The position numbers and the translations under genes are program-made. From the NCBI GenBank assembly GCA_903825255.1, contig CAIJZZ010000070.1, forward strand, positions 8,767 to 72,766: DNA of 64,000 nucleotides, read 5' to 3'. The notes below the pieces were generated by a model, which ran no database searches, was not told where the DNA came from, and saw only the letters and a program-made list of their open reading frames with translations. The stretch is from an uncultured bacterium. Lineage in GTDB: Bacteria; Patescibacteriota; Minisyncoccia; Phycocordibacterales; UBA9973. This document shows, piece after piece, positions 58,601 to 64,000 of the stretch. How positions within the stretch are numbered: the stretch's first letter is position 1; each line of letters starts with the position of its first letter.

Positions 58601-59083
58601 ATGTTATTAAAATCAAAAAAAGAAGAAATAATTAAAGATCTTGAAAAATCAATTGATAGCTCTAAATCAGTAGTCTTTGTAAATTTCCATGGAATTCATA
58701 CTCCAGAGGAAACAGTATTACGTAGAGATTTAAGAAATCAAAATGTTTTTTATAAAGTCGCCCGAAAAACATTTTTCAAGCGCGCGTTAAACGGAAAAGC
58801 TAAAGGTGAATTACCAGAATTACCTGGTGAAGTAGCGATGGTTTATGGGGCGGATCAAATCGCTCCAGCTCGTGAAATTTACAATTTTCAAAAAATTCAT
58901 AAAAATGTTTTAAATATTTTAGGTGGAATTTTTGAAGGTAAATTTGTAAATAGTGCCGAGATGACTGAAATTGCAATGATTCCAAGTCGTGAAGTATTAT
59001 ATGCTAAGTTTGTGAATGTTATTAATTCTCCAATTCAAAAGTTCGCTGTTGTTTTGGATCAAATTGCTAATTCAAAAAGTTAG
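58601..59083 (+). CDS. rplJ: 50S ribosomal protein L10
   Basis: 160 aa. KEEIIKDLEKSIDSSKSVVFVNFHGI fits L10, and the gene sits directly upstream of rplL. Confidence 0.9.
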   Translation: MLLKSKKEEIIKDLEKSIDSSKSVVFVNFHGIHTPEETVLRRDLRNQNVFYKVARKTFFKRALNGKAKGELPELPGEVAMVYGADQIAPAREIYNFQKIHKNVLNILGGIFEGKFVNSAEMTEIAMIPSREVLYAKFVNVINSPIQKFAVVLDQIANSKS

Positions 59084-59119
59084 TATTTGTTTTATTATAA
59101 AAATTAATTAAAAAATATT

Positions 59120-59485
59120 ATGTCAGATAAATTTAAAGATATTATAGAAAAAATTGAAACTATGTCCGTGCTTGATTTGCACGAATTAGTCAAAGCTTTA
59201 GAAGAGAAGTTTGGAGTTTCGGCTGCGGCTGTTGCTGTTGCTGGTCCTGCCGCTGGTCCTGCCGCTGAGGAAAAAGATGCCTTTACTGTGGTCTTGGCTT
59301 CCGCCGGTGAACAAAAGATTGCCGTGATGAAGATCGTAAAAGAAGTATTAGGTCTAGGACTTAAAGAAGCTAAAGATCTAGTCGATGGCGCTCCAGCAAC
59401 TTTGAAAGATGGAATGAAAAAAGCTGAAGCTGAAGAAGTGAAGAAAAAGATAGAGGAAGTAGGTGGAAAAGTAGAGCTTAAATAA
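59120..59485 (+). CDS. rplL: 50S ribosomal protein L7/L12
   Basis: Ala/Pro hinge [17 protein letters not shown] and the C-terminal domain [22 protein letters not shown]. Confidence 0.95.
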   Translation: MSDKFKDIIEKIETMSVLDLHELVKALEEKFGVSAAAVAVAGPAAGPAAEEKDAFTVVLASAGEQKIAVMKIVKEVLGLGLKEAKDLVDGAPATLKDGMKKAEAEEVKKKIEEVGGKVELK

Positions 59486-59488
59486 ATA

Positions 59489-59586
59489 AAAAAAACACAA
59501 ATAACTAAATTTTTTCAGGTCCTCGGTTCTCCTCGCGAGTACGCTCGGCCAGACCATTCAAAAATTTTTTATTTGTGTTTTTTTAA
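59489..59586. repeat. family A GC-capped hairpin element, copy A2
   Basis: Arms AAAAAACACAAATAA...TTATTTGTGTTTTTT enclose TCAGGTCCTCGGTTCTCCTCGCGAGTACGCTCGGCCAGACCATTC. It starts 4 nt after the rplL stop. Confidence 0.85.
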
Positions 59587-59591
59587 TTTTT

Positions 59592-59706
59592 ATCCCTATA
59601 TATTGTTTTCTAGGGTACGGATTTTTCAAAGATACATAAGTCTTAAAAAATCCTGAAGTTTTCGCGCCGTCGCGCTCAAAACCCCCTAAAAATAATATAT
59701 GGGGAT
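59592..59706. repeat. 115-nt unit bounded by ~24-nt inverted repeats (MITE-like or structured RNA)
   Basis: ATCCCTATATATTGTTTTCTAGGG (59592-59615) is largely complementary to CCCCCTAAAAATAATATATGGGGAT (59682-59706). The interior holds the helix GGATTTTT/AAAAAATCC. Confidence 0.5.
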
Positions 59707-59734
59707 TTTTGTATTTCAGTTTTTTAAAGAGAAA

Positions 59735-59752
59735 TGATATAGTAAATAAATG
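59735..59752 (+). promoter_or_regulatory. extended -10 promoter placed for a leaderless transcript
   Basis: TGaTATAGT (59735-59743), then 6 nt, then ATG at 59750. Confidence 0.55.
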
Positions 59753-61423
59753 GAAAAAATCGCTTTTATTTCTGTTTATAATAAAGAAGGAATTGATAAA
59801 TTTGCCAAGGATTTAATTGATTTGGGCTGGAAAATAATGTCTTCAGCTGGTACGGCTAAATATCTAAAAGATAAAGGAATCGAAGCTATGGATTTGACTG
59901 ATTTTGTCGGAGCACCGATTTTCGGACACAGAGTGGTTTCTTTATCGCGAGAATTTTATGCGATGCTTTTAGCTAGGAGGGAGGTTAAAGAAGATATGGC
60001 AGAGCTTCAAAAATTAAAATTACCTCTTATTTCACTTGTTTGTTGTGATATGTACCCACTGATAGAAGAAATAAATAAAGAGGGTTCGACCCTTGAAGGA
60101 GTGATTGAAAAGACAGATATTGGTGGGCCGACGATGTTACGAGCAGCAGCGAAGGGAGGTCGTATCGTAGTTTGCGATCATGATGATCGCGAAAAAGTAA
60201 TTGAATATTTAAAAAATGACAAAAAAGACGAACAGCAAGATAAAAATTTTATAAAAATGCTTGCCGCTAAAGCAGAGTTCACAGTAGCGAAATATTGTAT
60301 GGCTTCAGCAGAGTATTTAAGTGAGAAATCTTATAAAGGAATTTTAGGTGAATTGTCGGATAATTGTTGTTATGGCGAGAATGCTTACCAAAACCCTTCA
60401 GCTTTATATGAAATTAATGATAGTCCCTCGGCCATAGACCTACGGGCGAGGCCATTTAGTCCGACTAAATTTAAGCTTTTGACTGAGACCCCACTTTCTT
60501 ATAATAATTTTTGTGATCGAGATAAAATAATTCAAACTTTAACCCATATGGCAGCTGGCTGGGAATTAAATTTTAAAAAGCCAATTCCTTTTATGGCCGT
60601 GGCCGTAAAACATGGTAATGCCTGTGGTTTTGGTGTAAGTCACGATAAAATGGATGCGCTTAAAAAAATGATTGAAGGAGATGTAAAAGCAATTCACGGT
60701 GGCTCTATTTTTACTAATTTTAAAATAACAGAAGAAGAAGCTGAAGAATTGATTCATTATAAAATGCCTGAAGGGGGGAGGAGACTTTTAGATACAGTTA
60801 CGGCTCCTTTTTTTAATCATGAAGCAATAGAGATTTTGGCTCGTAAAAAAGGGAAATGTAGAATTGTGGTTAATAAAAATCTCGATAATCTTAAAGGAGA
60901 ATCTCTTGACCGAGAAAATCGTTTTCGTTATGTGCGAGATGGATTTTTAGTTCAGCCGAATTATACTTTTGTGCCAAATTTTAAAGAAGCTGTAATTGAA
61001 GGTGATAGCTCAATAATTGAAAAAGAAAAAGTTTGTTTAGATTTGATTTTAGCTTGGGCGATCGGTTGTACGAGTAATAGTAATACTATCACAATAGTGC
61101 GGGATGGTAGATTACTAGGTAATGGAGTTGGTCAGCAGGATAGAGTGGGAGCAGCAAAGCTTGCAATCGCGCGAGCGGATGATGCATATATCGCTTTAAC
61201 TGGAGAGGATTCTAAGGCCAATCTAGAGAATGCTATTGTTTATAGTGATAGTTTTTTTCCTTTTTCAGATGGACCGAAAGTGCTGATCGATCGAGGTATT
61301 AAAATTATTTTTGCCACATCTGGTTCGGTACATGATAAAGAAGTGATAAAAGACTGTCTAGCGGAAGGAGCTACCTTAGTAATGTTTCCGGACAAAACAA
61401 GTCGTGGTTTTGCTTGGCATTAA
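59750..61423 (+). CDS. purH: bifunctional AICAR transformylase / IMP cyclohydrolase
   Basis: MGS-like N-terminus (IAFISVYNKEGIDKFAKDL), then GGPTMLRAAAKG, YGEN, LSYNN and the C-terminal SRGFAWH-type end. Confidence 0.92.
   Translation: MEKIAFISVYNKEGIDKFAKDLIDLGWKIMSSAGTAKYLKDKGIEAMDLTDFVGAPIFGHRVVSLSREFYAMLLARREVKEDMAELQKLKLPLISLVCCDMYPLIEEINKEGSTLEGVIEKTDIGGPTMLRAAAKGGRIVVCDHDDREKVIEYLKNDKKDEQQDKNFIKMLAAKAEFTVAKYCMASAEYLSEKSYKGILGELSDNCCYGENAYQNPSALYEINDSPSAIDLRARPFSPTKFKLLTETPLSYNNFCDRDKIIQTLTHMAAGWELNFKKPIPFMAVAVKHGNACGFGVSHDKMDALKKMIEGDVKAIHGGSIFTNFKITEEEAEELIHYKMPEGGRRLLDTVTAPFFNHEAIEILARKKGKCRIVVNKNLDNLKGESLDRENRFRYVRDGFLVQPNYTFVPNFKEAVIEGDSSIIEKEKVCLDLILAWAIGCTSNSNTITIVRDGRLLGNGVGQQDRVGAAKLAIARADDAYIALTGEDSKANLENAIVYSDSFFPFSDGPKVLIDRGIKIIFATSGSVHDKEVIKDCLAEGATLVMFPDKTSRGFAWH
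60424..60452 (+). repeat. probable family B GC-rich element, copy B5 (in frame inside purH)
   Basis: TCCCTCGGCCATAGACCTACGGGCGAGGCC shares CTACGG..GCGAGGCC with the ileS copy. It encodes SPSAIDLRARP in a segment ~8 aa longer than the E. coli PurH equivalent. Confidence 0.45.
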
Positions 61424-61424
61424 T

Positions 61425-61550
61425 CCCGTAGTAGAAAATGGCATTAAAAGAATTTTAGATTAAATATTTTTTATGAAAAAAGAAGAATTATTAAAATTAA
61501 TTAAAAAAGTGGGAATGCTCTTTTAGAGCAATGCCATTTTTCACTACAGG
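61425..61550 (+). other. long-range helix spanning the purH-purB spacer
   Basis: CCCGTAGTAGAAAATGGCATT (61425-61445) pairs at 19 of 21 positions with AATGCCATTTTTCACTACAGG (61530-61550). The second arm ends at the purB ATG. Confidence 0.45.
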
Positions 61551-62924
61551 ATGAAAAATAATACAATGTTTTCAATTTCTCCATTAGATGGAAGATATCA
61601 AGATAAAATTTTAGACTTAGGACCGATTTTTAGCGAATTTGGTTTAATGAAATATCGGACAATTATTGAGATAAAATTTTTTCAGGCTTTAGATAAAGTA
61701 AAAGTTTTGCCTCGTAAAATTTCTAAAAATGAAAATGATTTTTTAAATTCCTTAATTAATAATTTTTCTATAACAGATTTTGAACGGATTAAATTTTTTG
61801 AAAAGACGACCAATCACGATGTTAAAGCCGTAGAATATTTTTTAAAAGAAAAAATGAAGGTCGGGAGTTTATTTGACTGTATGGGATATATACATTTAGG
61901 TAGAACCTCGGAAGATATAAATAATCTTTCTCATGCTTTAGCTCTCCGTGATGGAATTAAAATAATTCTAGAAAATTATCAAAGAGTTGAAAAGTTATTA
62001 TTAAACTTAGCTAAGGAAAATAAAAAAGTTCAAATGTTGGCACTTACTCATGGTCAACCAGCGAGTCCGACTACTTTCGGTTGGGAAATGAATGTATTTG
62101 TAGCACGTTTAAGACATGGTATTAAACAATTAAAAGATTTTAAATTAAAAGTTAAATTAAATGGGGCCACAGGTGGAGATAGCGCCCTATATTTTGCTTA
62201 TCCAAAAATTAATTGGCGAAAATTTTCGAATGATTTTATTTTAAGTTTAAATGAAAAAAATTCTGAAATAAAATTCATCAATAATCCATTTACTACTCAA
62301 ATCGAACCACATGATACTTATCGAGAACTCTTTGATCTTTTACGTGGGCCTAATTTAGTTTTGATTGATTTTAATCGGGATATGTGGAGCTATATTTCAA
62401 GAGGTGTGGTCGTGCAGATTCCTAAGGCAGGAGAGGTTGGTTCTTCAGCAATGCCTCAAAAAGTAAATCCGATTAATTTTGAAAATGCTGAAGGTAATTT
62501 AGGATTAGCTAATGCATTATGTGAATTTTTTGGTAGTAAATTAACTATTTCTCGCTTACAAAGAGATCTTTCTGATTCGACTGTAGAGAGGAATTTCGGT
62601 TTAGTTTTCGGTCACATTAAAATTTCTTTATTATTTATTGCAAAAGGATTGAGCGTAATAAAAGTTGATCAAAAAGCGATGGAAATGGAACTTGAAAAAC
62701 ATTGGGAGGTTGTTTCAGAAGCCTATCAAGTTATCTTACGTAGTTTGGGAGTCGAGGATGGCTATGAATTATTGAAAGATTTTACTCGAGGTAAAGTCGT
62801 TACAAAAGAAATGATGTATTCGTTTATCGAAGAAGTAGCAAAAAAACATAAACTTTCAAAAGAAATTGTCCAAAAAATGAAAAAAATTACTCCGCAAAAT
62901 TATGTCGGTAATCGAAATTTCTGA
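61551..62924 (+). CDS. purB: adenylosuccinate lyase
   Basis: SPLDGRY, GRTSEDINN, THGQPASPTT and GSSAMPQKVNPINFEN (signature loop) are present. Confidence 0.93.
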   Translation: MKNNTMFSISPLDGRYQDKILDLGPIFSEFGLMKYRTIIEIKFFQALDKVKVLPRKISKNENDFLNSLINNFSITDFERIKFFEKTTNHDVKAVEYFLKEKMKVGSLFDCMGYIHLGRTSEDINNLSHALALRDGIKIILENYQRVEKLLLNLAKENKKVQMLALTHGQPASPTTFGWEMNVFVARLRHGIKQLKDFKLKVKLNGATGGDSALYFAYPKINWRKFSNDFILSLNEKNSEIKFINNPFTTQIEPHDTYRELFDLLRGPNLVLIDFNRDMWSYISRGVVVQIPKAGEVGSSAMPQKVNPINFENAEGNLGLANALCEFFGSKLTISRLQRDLSDSTVERNFGLVFGHIKISLLFIAKGLSVIKVDQKAMEMELEKHWEVVSEAYQVILRSLGVEDGYELLKDFTRGKVVTKEMMYSFIEEVAKKHKLSKEIVQKMKKITPQNYVGNRNF

Positions 62925-62960
62925 TTGTTTTTTATTAAAAAAGCTATATAATACAAGGAT

Positions 62961-63542
62961 ATGGAAATTCTAAGTAAATTATTAGGAACCCCCGCGAGAG
63001 TCAAATTAATGAGGCTTTTTCTCTTGAATCAAGGAAAAGGTTTTAATAATAAAGAGATTATTAAAAGAAGTCGAGTTAGCCCAAGTATTGTACGTAAAGA
63101 AATAAGTTTATTAGCTTCGGTTGGTTTTATAAAAAAAAGAGCCGAAGAATGGCATTTTAATGGAGCTTTTAAATATACAAAAGAATTTGAAAGACTTTTA
63201 ATAACTTCTGACACCTTAGATAAAGAATTAATTTTAAATGATTTTAAAAAAGTTGGTAAATTGAAGTTGTTACTTGTTTCTGGACTTTTTATAAAAAAAG
63301 ATGATAGCCGAGTAGATATGCTGATAGTCGGGGATAAATTGAATAAAGGTAAAATAGAAAAGGAAATTAAAAAACTTGAAGCCGAAATTGGCAAAGAATT
63401 AGTCTATGCTCTTTTTGATTCAAAAGAATTTAACTATCGATTGAGTATGTATGATAAGCTCGTGCGGGACATCCTTGACTTTCCCCACGAAATCATTTTT
63501 CAAACTAAAGAGTTATCCACACAAGCTTTAAAAAAAGACTAG
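62961..63542 (+). CDS. hypothetical protein with N-terminal winged-helix-like domain
   Basis: ARVKLMRLFLLNQGKGFNNKEIIKRSRVSPSIVRKEISLLASVGFIKKR resembles an ArsR/MarR-type wHTH. Confidence 0.5.
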   Translation: MEILSKLLGTPARVKLMRLFLLNQGKGFNNKEIIKRSRVSPSIVRKEISLLASVGFIKKRAEEWHFNGAFKYTKEFERLLITSDTLDKELILNDFKKVGKLKLLLVSGLFIKKDDSRVDMLIVGDKLNKGKIEKEIKKLEAEIGKELVYALFDSKEFNYRLSMYDKLVRDILDFPHEIIFQTKELSTQALKKD

Positions 63543-63568
63543 AAATTGGTATAATTATATTACTTAGC

Positions 63569-63619
63569 TTTTTAAGGTCGAACCCCGTCGCTCGCGAGCG
63601 ATAGGGGAACTTAAAAAAA
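63569..63619. repeat. singleton GC-capped hairpin (possibly a diverged family A element)
   Basis: Arms TTTTTAAG / CTTAAAAA enclose GTCGAACCCCGTCGCTCGCGAGCGATAGGGGAA. It contains the CTCGCGAG palindrome also present in A1 and A2. Confidence 0.5.
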
Positions 63620-63654
63620 TTATTATTAGTTAAATTAAGTTATTAATTATATTT

Positions 63655-64000
63655 ATGAGTAATATTTGGCTTACTTGGGGTGACGTCTTTAATGCTTCAC
63701 TTCAGAGTGTGTGGTGGGGTTTTATTCAATTTGTTCCGAAGTTAATTATCGCAATTATCCTCTTTATTATCGGATGGGTCTTAGGTGCTTTGATTGCGAA
63801 AGCTTTCCAGCAAGTTGTGAGTGCTCTTAAAGTAGACAAACTTTTTCAGTCAATTGGGGTGGAACAGTTTTTTATGAGAGCTGGTATCAAACTTAATTCA
63901 GGTTATTTTATTGGTGAAATTGTAAAATGGTTTATAATCATTATTTTCCTTTTGCCTTCACTTAGTCTGCTTGGTTTAGATTATATTTCATCCTTCTTAA
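63655..64000 (+). CDS. membrane protein, 5-prime partial at window end (TM_helix/MscS-N-terminal-like)
   Basis: Own translation from the ATG at 63655 is open to the window end: MSNIWLTWGDVFNASLQSVWWGFIQFVPKLIIAIILFIIGWVLGALIAKAF... Confidence 0.55.
   Translation, partial: MSNIWLTWGDVFNASLQSVWWGFIQFVPKLIIAIILFIIGWVLGALIAKAFQQVVSALKVDKLFQSIGVEQFFMRAGIKLNSGYFIGEIVKWFIIIIFLLPSLSLLGLDYISSFL

Noticed and set aside
59490-59749. Possible purine, ZTP or THF riboswitch upstream of purH, and in the purH-purB spacer.
   Set aside because: I could not find the conserved cores known to me (the guanine/adenine three-way junction sequences, or the ZTP GGGUCGUGAC..CCGCCUGGGCA). In addition, the putative purH promoter lies downstream of the structured region.
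63569-63619. GGTCGAACCCC resembles a tRNA T-arm (GGTTCGAATCC). GGTTCGAAG in the 4271-4331 motif was also checked.
   Set aside because: No acceptor, D or anticodon stems can be drawn around either site. I found no tRNA in any spacer longer than 70 nt.
1-64000. Defence island, prophage or secondary-metabolite cluster.
   Set aside because: I recognised no integrase, transposase, restriction/modification, toxin-antitoxin, Cas, phage structural or biosynthetic core genes. The nucleotide-metabolism genes are interleaved with housekeeping genes and not bounded by att-like repeats.

Overview
This is a visibly AT-rich, gene-dense chromosomal window with about 66 protein-coding genes. Most are on the + strand, and many neighbours overlap start-to-stop by 4-17 nt. 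I found no rRNA, tRNA, CRISPR array, transposase, integrase or recognisable defence system. The content is mainly housekeeping. It includes translation genes (secE-nusG-rplK, rpmB, rpsF-ssb-rpsR, efp, rplJ-rplL, argS, ileS, glyQS, metG). It includes DNA metabolism genes (recA, recO, ftsK, ssb) and nucleotide/folate genes (folA, a thyA-like gene, glyA, tmk, dut, purH, purB). It also has an envelope thiol-redox set (ccdA, a DipZ-type thioredoxin, msrA), murB, transporters, a modular type IV pilin and a 1263-aa Thr-rich wall-associated surface protein. The small gene set, the pilin, the surface protein and the absence of rplA and rplI at their usual positions suggest a Patescibacteria/CPR (Parcubacteria-like) organism; this is inference only. 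The main hunt results are: (1) a complete histidine-phosphatase (PGAM-type) domain inserted inside IleRS. (2) Two families of short GC-rich hairpin elements found in intergenic DNA and, in frame, inside ileS, recA and probably purH, reminiscent of Rickettsia palindromic elements. (3) A ThyA homologue with the Asn-to-Asp pyrimidine-specificity switch, adjacent to folA, a CDA-fold deaminase and a MazG-like protein. (4) A four-gene overlapping operon (VUT transporter, DHFR-like reductase, CofE-like ligase, ATP-grasp ligase). (5) A recurrent (TGn)TAnAAT-6nt-ATG layout implying widespread leaderless mRNAs. (6) A short-Stem-I T-box upstream of ileS. (7) msrA interrupted exactly at an A_AAA_AAG slippery heptamer. 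(8) A conserved 60-nt motif upstream of two thiol-redox transcription units.
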